A DNA stretch of 64,000 nt from Candidatus Eiseniibacteriota bacterium (GTDB lineage: Bacteria; Eisenbacteria; RBG-16-71-46; JABDJR01), in assembly GCA_963762255.1 (NCBI GenBank), contig CAVXKA010000003.1, forward strand, positions 128,001-192,000, read 5' to 3'. Both the position numbers and the translations under genes were made by a program. The notes beneath the pieces were generated by a model. That model was not told the DNA's origin. It ran no database searches and saw nothing but the letters and a program-made list of their open reading frames with translations. Shown one piece after another: positions 50,126 to 60,107 of this stretch (positions are counted from its first letter, which is position 1; each line of letters opens with the position of its first letter).

Positions 50126-53100
50126 TCAGCGCACGCGCACGAGCCGACGCGCGACGGTGTGCGCACCGTCGCTCACCCGCGCGAAGTAGATCCCGCCCGG
50201 AGCCGTGTGCCCGCGGCCATCGACGCCGTCCCAGAAGAAGGCGCCTGCCGGCTCGGAGAAGCGCTCCTCGCGCACGACCTGGCCGCGCACGTCGAGGATC
50301 GTGACCCTCACGCTTCCAAGCGCGCCGCTCCACGCGATACGCGTTCCGGATGGGGAGGGGTTGGGCTCGGGCGCCGCCACCCGAAGCCCCGGGGGCAGGA
50401 TGTCGAGAGAACGCAGCACGCGCCAGCCGCTCGTGCGACCCAGGCCATCCATCGCAAGCGTGCAGGCGGCATTCACGCCTTCGATCCGCACACAGCGCGA
50501 GTCGTAGGGCGATCCCGACCAGACTGCGTCGTCAGACCCGAGGTCGCGCACTCGCAGTTGGATAAAGGAATCGAGCCCCTCGCCCGACCAGCAGAGAACT
50601 CCCCCGACGTCTTTCCACGTCCACTTGAGCGAGCTCACCCCCGGCTCCACCGGGGTCGCGCGATCGAAACCGAGATAGGCGCGTCTGCCCGCGTCGCCGC
50701 GCGCGGTGGGCCACGGAGCGGGACGCCCGGCCGGGCCCATCGGGAGCGACCACAGCCCGCCCGCGGTGTCGGCGATCACGACATACCGAACGCCCTCGGC
50801 ATCGGCCACCATCGGTGTTTCGATTGCGCCGAACGGGAAACGCCGAGGAAAGCCGGCGAGCGGCGTGAGATCCGAGCGCCACGCGAGGAGGGTGCCGTCC
50901 CGGCGTAGCGCGATCAAGTCGGACTCCCAGTCGCCGTCCAGGTCCGCGCAGAGCACCTCGCCCGCGATGGGCCCGCCGGCGGAGACGAACTGCACGACGG
51001 GAACGGTCCCCGGTTCGATCACGTGAATGCCGCCGGCCGAATCGGCGGCCACCGCCACCAATCGCTTGTCCGCGGCGAAGCCCGCCAACGAGAGCGCGGT
51101 GAACGGCGGGGCGTCGATCGAGACGCCGTCCATCGAGAAGCCCACCTGGGGTACGAGTTGATACCGGCGCAGCCACTGGAGGGTGGACGGGGCCGAGGGA
51201 TCCGAACACGCAACGAGAACCTGTCCCCCGCTGGTGATGACCGGAGGTAGCAGGTCGAGGCCCGGCGCATCGTCCCACCGCGTCGTGCCTCCTGCTCCGC
51301 CCCGCAGAAAGATGTGCAGCGCGCCGGCGGAGTCCACCGCGGCAACGTCCACCGGGCCGACACTGTCGATCGATCCCACCGCGACTGACGAGCAGGCGAA
51401 CGAGAGTCGCTCGGTCGTGGGCTCTGCTGCGCCGTTATACCGGACGATGAAGAGCCCTTGTGTGGACGGGACGAAGACCTCGGGCTCGGTGGTGGAGGCG
51501 CTCGCCGCAGGCTGCCCCGCGTCCGCGTCGATCGACACTGGCCAACCCGGCGGTGCGACTCCGGCGAAGGGGACGCCGCGAAGTGAAGTCCCTTCGCGCC
51601 ACACCGCCATGGGGGCGCTCACCCCCGGCCACGCCATCACGAGCGGTAACTCCCCGGCGACAATCGGCGCTGACGCTACCGAGTCCATCAACTCCGGCGC
51701 CGCGCCGCCCGTCGCTGTGCTCCAGGCCTTCAACGAATTCGGAGCGACGAACAGGAAGCTCGGCGCCGTCTCGGGATCCCCCGCCGTGTACGGTGTCAAG
51801 GAGCGCGCGCGCGCCGGGGTGTCCCATCCACCCCCCGCCGCCTGCACCGCCGCCGCGGCATCGACCAGCCCCGAGCCGAGCAGCGTCGCATAGGACGGGT
51901 TCATCGCGGCCACGCTCCGGCCGGTCGTCTTGAGCCAGCCGCGCACCGCCGACGCCGAGGCCTGCGGCGCCACCCCGCGCACCAGCGCGGCCGCCGCAGC
52001 AACCTGCGGGGACGCGAACGAGGTGCCCGAGTTCACCTTGTATCCGGGAAGCCGGGTGGCGTAGGAGAGGGTGGTCGAGGGAGGCCCCGTGTAGAACCCG
52101 GCGAGATCCACCCAGGTGCCGAAGTTGCTTCCGATGTTGCCACTGCCGGGCTTCACCCCCGATTCGAGAACGCCGGCCACCCCAAGACAGTCCTCCCGCG
52201 ACGCGAGGTATTGGAACTCGGTCGAGCTCGTGTTGCTGTTCCCGGCCGAGCCGACCACTACGACCCCGTAGGTGTTGATGGCCACGTCCAGAGCGGCGGC
52301 CAATCCGTACTGCGCGTCCCCGATGCTGTCCCAGGAGCAGTTGAGTACGCGCGCGCCGTTCAACGCCGCGTACTCGATCGCTTGCGCGCAGAACGACATG
52401 TACACCACAGGCCCTACGCTGCTGAGCCATCCCGCGCGCAGGACCATGATGCGGGCCTGCGGCGCCGCCCCCGCGATCCCCACCCCGTTGTCGGTGAGCG
52501 CGTTGATGAAGCCCGCGACCTCGGTGCCATGCCCGGCCAGATCCGTGGGGTCATTGTCAGGAACATGGCCGTCTTCGCCGGAGACGGGAGCACTCTGGCC
52601 GAGCGATACGGGGATCGCGGAGACCTCCACGAAGTCCCAGCCGATGAAATCGTCGACCTTCCCGTTGCCGTCGTCGTCCACGCCGGCAGAGCCGTTGACC
52701 TCGGTCGCGTTCTGCCAGAAAACGCGCGCGTCGGGCGGACTGCCGCCGCCGCCCAGATCGGGATGGCGCCAGTACGCACCGCTGTCGATGACCCCGACGA
52801 TCACCTCGCGACCGGCGGGCATGAACGGCCAAGCCCTGGCGAAGCGCTCGGAGAGGCCGCTCGGGTTGTGGATGTGAAACTGTCGTGGCGGCCCCGGATT
52901 CCCCAGGAGATAGGGATCGTCGGGCAACGCAGCCATGTTCATCACCCAGTCCGAACCGCCGCGCACGACACTGGAGGATCGGCCGAACGACTCCAACCAT
53001 TCCCGGTTGAGCGGCGTTGCATCGGCACCTGCCGGCGGCTCGAAGGTGATCAGCGCGAAACGGGCGAGCGGGCCGGTGCGGCTCGTGAAGAGGGGTTCGA

Positions 53101-53287
53101 TGCGCGGGTGCATGGCCTCGCCTCCCGGAGGCAGAGGCAGCCGAAGCGTTCCCGCATGGAGCGCGCGGGCGCCGGCGTCGGTGAGTTCCACCACCAACCG
53201 GCCCGGGACCTCCTGCGCTGCGTGGACGGGGGTTGCGGCTGCGAGCGCGAGGCATACGAATCCCGCCAGAGCCAGTCGACGCATCAT
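50126..53287 (-). CDS. S8 (subtilisin-like) serine peptidase with FG-GAP-like repeats and a FlgD-Ig C-terminal domain
   Basis: Catalytic triad motifs VIDSG, GHGTEVAG and SGTSFASP; SAGN; DDDGNGKVDD; C-terminus WDGVDGRG...GGIYFARV...RRLVRVR. Confidence 0.92.
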   Translation of the reverse strand: MMRRLALAGFVCLALAAATPVHAAQEVPGRLVVELTDAGARALHAGTLRLPLPPGGEAMHPRIEPLFTSRTGPLARFALITFEPPAGADATPLNREWLESFGRSSSVVRGGSDWVMNMAALPDDPYLLGNPGPPRQFHIHNPSGLSERFARAWPFMPAGREVIVGVIDSGAYWRHPDLGGGGSPPDARVFWQNATEVNGSAGVDDDGNGKVDDFIGWDFVEVSAIPVSLGQSAPVSGEDGHVPDNDPTDLAGHGTEVAGFINALTDNGVGIAGAAPQARIMVLRAGWLSSVGPVVYMSFCAQAIEYAALNGARVLNCSWDSIGDAQYGLAAALDVAINTYGVVVVGSAGNSNTSSTEFQYLASREDCLGVAGVLESGVKPGSGNIGSNFGTWVDLAGFYTGPPSTTLSYATRLPGYKVNSGTSFASPQVAAAAALVRGVAPQASASAVRGWLKTTGRSVAAMNPSYATLLGSGLVDAAAAVQAAGGGWDTPARARSLTPYTAGDPETAPSFLFVAPNSLKAWSTATGGAAPELMDSVASAPIVAGELPLVMAWPGVSAPMAVWREGTSLRGVPFAGVAPPGWPVSIDADAGQPAASASTTEPEVFVPSTQGLFIVRYNGAAEPTTERLSFACSSVAVGSIDSVGPVDVAAVDSAGALHIFLRGGAGGTTRWDDAPGLDLLPPVITSGGQVLVACSDPSAPSTLQWLRRYQLVPQVGFSMDGVSIDAPPFTALSLAGFAADKRLVAVAADSAGGIHVIEPGTVPVVQFVSAGGPIAGEVLCADLDGDWESDLIALRRDGTLLAWRSDLTPLAGFPRRFPFGAIETPMVADAEGVRYVVIADTAGGLWSLPMGPAGRPAPWPTARGDAGRRAYLGFDRATPVEPGVSSLKWTWKDVGGVLCWSGEGLDSFIQLRVRDLGSDDAVWSGSPYDSRCVRIEGVNAACTLAMDGLGRTSGWRVLRSLDILPPGLRVAAPEPNPSPSGTRIAWSGALGSVRVTILDVRGQVVREERFSEPAGAFFWDGVDGRGHTAPGGIYFARVSDGAHTVARRLVRVR

Positions 53288-53308
53288 GGGTGCAGTCTAG
53301 CACGCCCC

Positions 53309-53337
53309 TTGACGGGTCCGCGGGGGCCTCGTAGCGT
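53309..53337 (+). promoter_or_regulatory. Putative sigma70 promoter of pyrE
   Basis: TTGACG-17 nt-TAGCGT upstream of a GGAGG RBS. Confidence 0.5.
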
Positions 53338-53366
53338 GGTCTCATCGGTCCCATACGGAGGTGCCC

Positions 53367-53915
53367 ATGCCGCTCAGTGCCCGCGATCGCCTGAAAGAGA
53401 TCCTCGTCCGCGAGAGCCTCCTCCGAGGCGACTTCGTGCTCTCCTCCGGGCAGCGCAGCTCGTTCTATCTCGACGTGCGACGCACCAGCATGCATCCCGA
53501 GGGCGCCGCGCTCTGCGCGGAACTCATCCTCGAAGGATTGAGCGACCTCGAACTCGACGCGGTAGGCGGGCCGGTCCTTGGCGCCGCGCCGCTGGTCGGC
53601 GCGCTCGCCTCGGAGAGTTTTCGCCGAGGCCGCCCGGTCAACACGTTTCTCGTGCGGCGCGAGGCGAAGGGGCACGGCACCGCCAAGCTCATCGAGGGAC
53701 TCTTTCCGGTGGGGGGAACGGTGGCGCTCGTGGAGGATGTGGTGACCACCGGCGGATCCGTGCTGCGCGCGCTCGCGGTGGCGCGCGGCGAAGGGGCCAG
53801 GGTCGCCCGCGTGATCTGCGTGGTGGATCGCGAGCAGGGAGGCGCCGAGGCCATGATCGAACACCAGGTGGACTACCGCGCGCTCTTCACGGTCTCCGAA
53901 CTCCTCGGTGGCTGA
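53367..53915 (+). CDS. pyrE: Orotate phosphoribosyltransferase
   Basis: GDFVLSSGQRSSFYLD, RREAKGHG and PRPP motif VEDVVTTGGS. Confidence 0.95.
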   Translation: MPLSARDRLKEILVRESLLRGDFVLSSGQRSSFYLDVRRTSMHPEGAALCAELILEGLSDLELDAVGGPVLGAAPLVGALASESFRRGRPVNTFLVRREAKGHGTAKLIEGLFPVGGTVALVEDVVTTGGSVLRALAVARGEGARVARVICVVDREQGGAEAMIEHQVDYRALFTVSELLGG

Positions 53916-53923
53916 GCCAGGAT

Positions 53924-54376
53924 ATGGGAGACCGCCTCGTCTGCCCCCATTGCGGCCTCGCGCTCGATCGCTATGACCAGCCGCGCCTGACCGTGGACGC
54001 GGTGGTGCACAACGCCGAGGGCGAAGTGCTCCTGATCGAGCGCGTGAATCCCCCTCACGGCTGGGCGCTGCCCGGGGGCTTCGTCGATCCCGGAGAAACC
54101 ATCGAGAACGCGGTCGCACGAGAGCTGAGCGAGGAGACCGGTCTCGAAGCGACCCGTGTCGAACAGTTCCACACCTACTCGGACCCGCGCCGGGATCCGC
54201 GTCATCACACGGTCTCCACGGTCTTCCTGGTCGATGCGGCGGGCGCGCCGAGCGCCGGCGATGACGCTGCTCAGGCGGCCTTCTTCGCCTACGACCGGCT
54301 CCCCCCGCTCGCCTTCGATCACGCCGAGATCCTCGTCGACGTGGCGCGGTTCCGCGCGGGCGGACGCCGGCCCTGA
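53924..54376 (+). CDS. Nudix hydrolase
   Basis: Nudix box GGFVDPGETIENAVARELSEETG; SDPRRDPR, AGDDA and LAFDH motifs. Confidence 0.92.
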   Translation: MGDRLVCPHCGLALDRYDQPRLTVDAVVHNAEGEVLLIERVNPPHGWALPGGFVDPGETIENAVARELSEETGLEATRVEQFHTYSDPRRDPRHHTVSTVFLVDAAGAPSAGDDAAQAAFFAYDRLPPLAFDHAEILVDVARFRAGGRRP

Positions 54377-54455
54377 AGTCCTGTGCTAGACTCGATCCGG
54401 ATGCCGAACGCCGCGTGGTGACAATCGGCAGGGCATAGCCGCCCAAGGAGACGAC

Positions 54456-54722
54456 ATGTTTGGAATCGGCGCGCAGGAGCTGATGATCATCTTCCTCATC
54501 GTACTCCTGCTCTTCGGGGCGAATCGGATTCCGGAGATCGCGCGCGGGCTCGGTAAAGGGATTCGCGACTTCAAACGGGCCACGCGGGAGATCGACGACG
54601 AGGTGCGGTACAGCGACGACGATCGCCGGCGTTTGAACGAGCGCCCCGCCTCGGTGCCGCCCGCCACACCACCTCCTTCGGAGACGACCTCGAGCCGTCC
54701 CCCTCAGGAGAAGTCCTCCTAG
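54456..54722 (+). CDS. tatA: Twin-arginine translocase TatA/E subunit
   Basis: [40 protein letters not shown]. Confidence 0.95.
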   Translation: MFGIGAQELMIIFLIVLLLFGANRIPEIARGLGKGIRDFKRATREIDDEVRYSDDDRRRLNERPASVPPATPPPSETTSSRPPQEKSS

Positions 54723-54773
54723 ACCCCGCCGCGCCCGGATCCCCGAGTGGCCGCGGGTTGCGGCCCTGGCCGA

Positions 54774-57218
54774 CTACTCGGCGTCGGGGATCCAGAGGAG
54801 GGCCACCTCCTCCACGCGCACGTCGTCCCGCTCCAGCGCAACCGGGAAGGTCGTGATCGTCCCCGCCAGCGCAGCCTTGTCGGCGCGGATGCGCTCGATG
54901 TCGCGGGCGAGCGAAGCCTCCAACTCCTGCATCTCGCTCTGCGCGCCCGCGAGTTGCGCCTCCTCCTTCTGGAGCTGCGACGCAGCGGAGCCGGCCATGC
55001 GCTGCTTGCTCGCGGTCTGGCTCAGGACGCGCGTGGGCTTGCGGCCGCCGAGCAGCACGCCCAGCACGCTCTCCCCCACCGAGAGAAAGGTCTCTTGCTT
55101 GCGCGCGCTGACCGTCGCCCGCGCGCGCTCCACGTCGAGCGATTCGGCCTGGATGCGATCCTCGATCCGGCGCTTCTTCTCGAGCACCTTGTCCCGCAGA
55201 GCCGCCATTTCCTGATCGGCGAGATCGTCGGCGAGCGCTCGCACGCGCTCCGCGAACGCTTCCTTGCTCTCTCCGACCCGCGAGTAGGTCTTGAGACCGG
55301 CGCAGAAGTAGAGCTCCAAGCGCTCGACACCCAACAGGGTTTCCTTGAGATCGCGCTCCAGCACCGTGAAGGTGCGGCGACTCTCGAGCGCGGGGGGAAG
55401 CGGCTCGAAGGGCACTCCCGGCACCGGCTCCGAGTCGAAGTCGTCGTTGAGATCGGGCGTGTCGGGCGCGGGCCAGCGCCAGCCATCCGCGCCCTGCAAC
55501 GGGAAGATGAGGCGCCACTCGGGCTGCGTGTGGTCGAGCGCCGCCCGGGTCTCGTCGAAGTGCACGGTGGCCCGGCCGAGGATGGCCGCGCGATAGCGTT
55601 TGGGGGGACCGGGTCGCGCGCCCGACACCGCGCCCTGCGGCCGGTCCGGCTGGAGCGCGCGCGGCGCCAGGAAACGCACGACCACTCCCGGGGGAGACGC
55701 CGGCATCGCGGCGCCGCCGGGGGTCGAAGTGGCACTCGATATCGCCGCGGCGCTGGGGGTCGCAGCGACGGCGGGCGCGGCGGCGGGGCCAGCCGCAGCG
55801 GCAGCCCCAGCCGCGACCGCGGCTCCGGCCCATGCCCGCGCTTCAGCGGGAACCAGTTTCCGCACCTCGTCGCGCGTCAGCGGCCCGCGCAGATACGACA
55901 TCGCCCAACGCGTGGAGAACACCTTGGGACCGCCCTTGTCGTGCACGTTGCGCATGAGGAACTGTCGGGGCTTGAGCGCGGAGATCACGTTGTCCATCTC
56001 CGCTCGCGTGGCGCCCGCGTCCACCATCTCCAGGCCGTCCAGCAACCGGGCCTTATCGCGCTCGGTGGAGAGACGCCCCACGCACCAGACGCCGGCATTG
56101 GTCAGCCCCTTGTAGTCGAGATCCACCGGGTTCTGCGTGGCCACCACCAGCCCCACCCCGAACGCCCGCGCCTGCTTGAGAAGCGTGAGCATCGGCTGCT
56201 TGGTCGGCGGGTTGGCCGGATGCGGAGGCATGAGTCCCCACACCTCGTCGATCACCATCAGGAGACGCAGCGAACCCGTCCCGCTCTGCCGGCGCATCCA
56301 GGAGATGACCTCGCCGAGGAGAAGCGTGGCGAACATCTGCCGATCCTCGTCGCCCAGATGCGCGGTGTAGAAGAGGCCGAGCGGGGTCTTGCCGGCGGGC
56401 GCCTCCATGAACCGATCGAGGCGAAGCGGCACCCCCACCTGCCAGGCCGCGAATGCTGGGCTGGCCAAGAGCGCGTTGAGCTTCTGCATCGTCTCCCGGC
56501 GGCGCTCGGGCGGATAGAACGTGTCGACGTGCAGGACTCCGAGCTTGGCGAAGGGGGGATGAAGAAGATAGCCGAGGATATCCTCGAGGCCGGGTCGCTC
56601 CCCCGCACGCCACCGATTCTCGAGAAGGTTGGCCAGAAAGATATGCGAAGGGCTCTGCAGCGGGTCCGCGTCTTCCCCGGCCCGGCTCAAGAGCGCCGAC
56701 ACCACCGCCGCGATCCGCTCGCGGATGATCTCCGCATCGGAGTCCCAGGACAGATCGGGTGGATCGAACCCGGAGAGCACGTTCACCGGCAAACCCGCGT
56801 CGCTTCCCGGGGTGAAGAGGCGCATCACCGTCTTCTCGCGCAGCTCGCGGATCCGGTCGCGGCCGAGGCCGTCGCGCCCGAGCCCCTCGGTCCATCGGGT
56901 CGCGGTCTGCGCGGCGAGGTCGTCCACGCTGATCCCGGCCCGCTGCGCCTCCTGCGGATCCACCCAGGGAGCGAAGTCGCGAGCCTCGAGGGAAGGGAAG
57001 GTGAGGAACAGGTTGGCGAGATCGCCCTTCGGATCGAGCACGACCGCTGGGATGCCGTGGCGCAGTGCTTCCTCGATGAGGGCGATCAGGAGTCCGGTCT
57101 TGCCGCTCCCGGTCATCCCCACCACCACCCCGTGGGTGGTGAGATCCGAGGGGGCAAGTTCGAGGCGCGAGGGGGCGTCTCCGGCCAGGTTCCCGAGAAA
57201 CAGCCCGTCGTCGCTCAA
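54774..57218 (-). CDS. HerA/DUF87-like P-loop ATPase with a C-terminal coiled coil
   Basis: THGVVVGMTGSGKT, LDPKGD, Walker B LMVIDE and QARAFGVGLVVATQNP. The TTG start overlaps the upstream stop codon. Confidence 0.85.
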   Translation of the reverse strand: MSDDGLFLGNLAGDAPSRLELAPSDLTTHGVVVGMTGSGKTGLLIALIEEALRHGIPAVVLDPKGDLANLFLTFPSLEARDFAPWVDPQEAQRAGISVDDLAAQTATRWTEGLGRDGLGRDRIRELREKTVMRLFTPGSDAGLPVNVLSGFDPPDLSWDSDAEIIRERIAAVVSALLSRAGEDADPLQSPSHIFLANLLENRWRAGERPGLEDILGYLLHPPFAKLGVLHVDTFYPPERRRETMQKLNALLASPAFAAWQVGVPLRLDRFMEAPAGKTPLGLFYTAHLGDEDRQMFATLLLGEVISWMRRQSGTGSLRLLMVIDEVWGLMPPHPANPPTKQPMLTLLKQARAFGVGLVVATQNPVDLDYKGLTNAGVWCVGRLSTERDKARLLDGLEMVDAGATRAEMDNVISALKPRQFLMRNVHDKGGPKVFSTRWAMSYLRGPLTRDEVRKLVPAEARAWAGAAVAAGAAAAAGPAAAPAVAATPSAAAISSATSTPGGAAMPASPPGVVVRFLAPRALQPDRPQGAVSGARPGPPKRYRAAILGRATVHFDETRAALDHTQPEWRLIFPLQGADGWRWPAPDTPDLNDDFDSEPVPGVPFEPLPPALESRRTFTVLERDLKETLLGVERLELYFCAGLKTYSRVGESKEAFAERVRALADDLADQEMAALRDKVLEKKRRIEDRIQAESLDVERARATVSARKQETFLSVGESVLGVLLGGRKPTRVLSQTASKQRMAGSAASQLQKEEAQLAGAQSEMQELEASLARDIERIRADKAALAGTITTFPVALERDDVRVEEVALLWIPDAE

Positions 57219-58342
57219 ACCACCCCTCCGGCCGCGACCGTCTCCCCGATCTCGCGGCGGGCTCTGAGTTCCGCCATGCGCTTGCGCTCCGACTTGGACA
57301 GGAACGCGATTGCCACCAGGATGAGTCCGAGCCCGAGCCAGTCCGCCGGCTTGGGAAAGCTTCCCTTGAAGAGAATTGCGAAGAGAAGCGTGCTGATGGT
57401 GCCGGCAATGAGCGAAGTCAGCCGGTTCACGAGCCCGGCAAACGTCGCCGTGCGTCCCTTGAACATGAAGAGAAAGACCGAGAAGAAGGAGACGGCGCCG
57501 AAGAACATGCCGGCGACGACGGCTCCGCGCCAGGCGGCGTGCGGCGCCTGGAACGCGCCGCGGAACTCCTCGATGAAGTGACCCGTGAGCTGGAGCAACT
57601 GCGGGGCGTTGAAAAGAAGGAGGCCCGCCACCAGGATCGTACTGCTCGCCGCGATCTGCTCCACCGCGAAGAACGCCTTGTTGTCGAGCTTCTGTCCCTT
57701 GCCACGGGTGTTCTTGTAGTAGTTCATGATGTAGATGCGGAACGAATAGGCGATGATGTAGCTGATCAGCACGGTCATCGCGGGCACGTTGTGGACGAAT
57801 TCGAGGCTGACCCCGCCCGACTTGTCCGTGGGGAAGAAGATGTTCACCAGGACGGCCAGGATCGCGAACACGACCGCGGCGTTCTCCTCCCAGTAGACCT
57901 TCTTGTCGAGAAGCCCCTGGCGGGTCTGGATCGCGTCCACGACCCGGCTGATCACGATTACGCTTCCCCGCATGATCACCATCGCCACCATGACCGAGCT
58001 GACCAGCAGGTACATGAGGGTCGTGGTCGGGATGACCACCGCGGTGAAGATCCCCGACGGGATGATGTAGAGGAGTTCGCTCGGGAAGCTCAAGCGGCCG
58101 ATGCGGATTGGCCGAATCGTCTTCAGCCGATACCAGCGCCAGGCGAGCACCACGAAGAGCGCCACGGCGGTGCCGCCGATGGTGCTGTACACCAGGAAGG
58201 CGACCTGCGACATCCCGGGAAGGCCGTGTTCCGCACTTCCAGGGAAGTACTTCGACGCCACCCCGAAGAACGTGTAGAAAAAGAAATAGCCGAGGCAGAG
58301 CTGGATGAGACGGCCCGTGCTCCCCTCGACGGTCTTCCACAT
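57215..58342 (-). CDS. Polytopic inner-membrane protein (possible DMT-like transporter)
   Basis: About 10 hydrophobic segments; no family signature recognised with certainty. Confidence 0.7.
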   Translation of the reverse strand: MWKTVEGSTGRLIQLCLGYFFFYTFFGVASKYFPGSAEHGLPGMSQVAFLVYSTIGGTAVALFVVLAWRWYRLKTIRPIRIGRLSFPSELLYIIPSGIFTAVVIPTTTLMYLLVSSVMVAMVIMRGSVIVISRVVDAIQTRQGLLDKKVYWEENAAVVFAILAVLVNIFFPTDKSGGVSLEFVHNVPAMTVLISYIIAYSFRIYIMNYYKNTRGKGQKLDNKAFFAVEQIAASSTILVAGLLLFNAPQLLQLTGHFIEEFRGAFQAPHAAWRGAVVAGMFFGAVSFFSVFLFMFKGRTATFAGLVNRLTSLIAGTISTLLFAILFKGSFPKPADWLGLGLILVAIAFLSKSERKRMAELRARREIGETVAAGGVV

Positions 58343-58390
58343 ACCGATTCCCCGCTTCCTGCTGCGGCGCATGGCGGCGCCGACCCCGGA

Positions 58391-59326
58391 TCAGACCCCT
58401 TTGGGCTTGCTCAGCCTGGCCGATCCATCGTCCTGTTCCGGCCATGCCTTGAGAAAACTGATGAACTCCTGGGCCGGCCGGCTGAGAACGCGCCGCTCCT
58501 TCCAGTACACCGTCACCGGACGGTCGAACTGCGCCTCAGGGATCTCCAACGCTTTGAGAACCTTGTCCTTGACCTCGAGTTCCAGCCCGATGCGGGGAAG
58601 GAAGGCGAGCCCCATCCCCGCCACCGCCAACTGCTTGATCGTGGCGATGTTGGAAAGCTCCAGCACGTAGTCGAGGTTGATGCCCAGGCTCTTGAAATGC
58701 GAGTCGATCATGATGCGGGTGGGCGTCCCGGGCTCGTACCCGATGAATTTCTGGTCGGCCAGATCCTTCAGAGTGAGCTTGCGCTTCTTGGCCAGCGGGT
58801 GATTCCCCGGCGCCACCAGAACCATGTGGTTGTTCATGATCACCGACGACTCGAGCTGCGGGTACTGACGGTTCCAGGCGATCAGGGCCAGGTCGATCTG
58901 GTTCTCCTGGAGCATCTCCAGGACCAGGTTCGAGCTGTGCATCTCGAGGTTGATCTGGACATCCGGAAACTGCGCATGGAAGGCGGTCAGGATCTCGGGG
59001 AGCAGGTAGATACCGATCGAGTTGACGCTCCCCACGTGAAGCGGTCCCCGGATCTCCGTCTCGGCCAGGACCATAGCCCGCTTCATCTCGTCGTACGTCT
59101 CGAACATCTTCGAGGCGTAGCGAAAGACGAGATCCCCGGTGTCGGTGAGGGCCATGCCCCCCTTGGTCCGGTTGAAGAGCGTGCTGTCCAGGGATTCCTC
59201 GAGCTGCTTGAGCTGGGTGCTCAGCGCCGACTGGGCGATGAGCAGTTCCTTCGACGCTTTGCTGACGCTCCTGTGCACCGCCACCCGGTAAAAATAGTAG
59301 AGATGATTATAGTTGCATGGGAGCAT
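58391..59326 (-). CDS. LysR-family transcriptional regulator
   Basis: NYNHLYYF...SVSKASKELLIAQSALSTQLKQLEE...LFNR HTH followed by a substrate-binding domain. Confidence 0.95.
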   Translation of the reverse strand: MLPCNYNHLYYFYRVAVHRSVSKASKELLIAQSALSTQLKQLEESLDSTLFNRTKGGMALTDTGDLVFRYASKMFETYDEMKRAMVLAETEIRGPLHVGSVNSIGIYLLPEILTAFHAQFPDVQINLEMHSSNLVLEMLQENQIDLALIAWNRQYPQLESSVIMNNHMVLVAPGNHPLAKKRKLTLKDLADQKFIGYEPGTPTRIMIDSHFKSLGINLDYVLELSNIATIKQLAVAGMGLAFLPRIGLELEVKDKVLKALEIPEAQFDRPVTVYWKERRVLSRPAQEFISFLKAWPEQDDGSARLSKPKGV

Positions 59327-59527
59327 GGACGTGGTTACCTCACTGGGCCAATGGCTGATACCGGGAAGCCGGCGGACAAGTTTTACGCTTTGACGTGATC
59401 AGGGTCAAGGCTACCACGGCGAGGGCATGGCGTGGGGGTGGGATGCGTCGCTTCGGCGGGCATCCCCGCGGGTGGGCGACGAGCCGATCCCGTGATACCA
59501 TCTCGTGCCTGGGAGGATCACCACGCG

Positions 59528-59788
59528 ATGATCGAGCATATCAACACGCAGCCCCTCAAGGTGGGCCAGCGAGTCGTCATTCAGCACAAGTTCAGCCGGG
59601 ACCTGGACACCACACGCCCCGGAGGTCCCATCGAGCAGAGCTACCAGTACATGCCGGGGAAGGTGACCGAGACGCGCATCCTCCACGGCCGCCTCGAGTT
59701 CAAGGTGCAGCTCGATCGGCCTCACCCCGTCGGGCAGGACTGGTTCTGGATGGGCATCGTCTTCCCCGAAGGCAAGCAGCCGGCGTAA
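59528..59788 (+). CDS. Small hypothetical protein
   Basis: GGAGG RBS, high third-position GC, 86 aa; lies upstream of the ferredoxin gene. Confidence 0.6.
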   Translation: MIEHINTQPLKVGQRVVIQHKFSRDLDTTRPGGPIEQSYQYMPGKVTETRILHGRLEFKVQLDRPHPVGQDWFWMGIVFPEGKQPA

Positions 59789-59820
59789 GCCGCTCCCCGA
59801 CCGACTCGAAGAGGAACAAC

Positions 59821-60102
59821 ATGACTTACGTGATCGGACAGCCGTGCATTGGGACCAAGGACACTTCCTGTGTGGACGTGTGCCCGGTCGATTGCATCCA
59901 CCCCCGCAAGGACGAGCCCGAGTTTGAAAAGGCCGAGATGCTCTATATCGATCCCGAGGAGTGCATCGACTGCGGCGCGTGCGAACCAGCGTGCCCCGTC
60001 TCCGCCATCGGTCCCGAGGACGCCCCCATCGAGGGGGTGAGCGAGGCCGAATGGAAGGAGTGGCTGCAGAAGAACACGGCCTGGTACACGGCACAGAAGT
60101 AA
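59821..60102 (+). CDS. fdxA: Ferredoxin (7Fe FdxA-type)
   Basis: [25 protein letters not shown]...[12 protein letters not shown]. Confidence 0.9.
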   Translation: MTYVIGQPCIGTKDTSCVDVCPVDCIHPRKDEPEFEKAEMLYIDPEECIDCGACEPACPVSAIGPEDAPIEGVSEAEWKEWLQKNTAWYTAQK

Positions 60103-60107
60103 TCGCG

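Noticed and set aside
54456-54722. tatA without tatC
   Set aside because: Stand-alone tatA/tatE genes are common, so this is not unusual.
54774-58445. ORF-track fusions: 1223-aa ATPase, 962-aa Omp85, 721-aa Nudix, 619-aa ThyA, 479-aa ComEA
   Set aside because: The N-terminal extensions are off-frame read-through of neighbouring genes; internal starts with an RBS or stop-start overlaps fit better.
59390-59408. Inverted repeat TTGAC-N9-GTCAA between lysR and the small ORF
   Set aside because: It could be an operator overlapping a -35 box, but the arms are only 5 bp and no regulator can be assigned.
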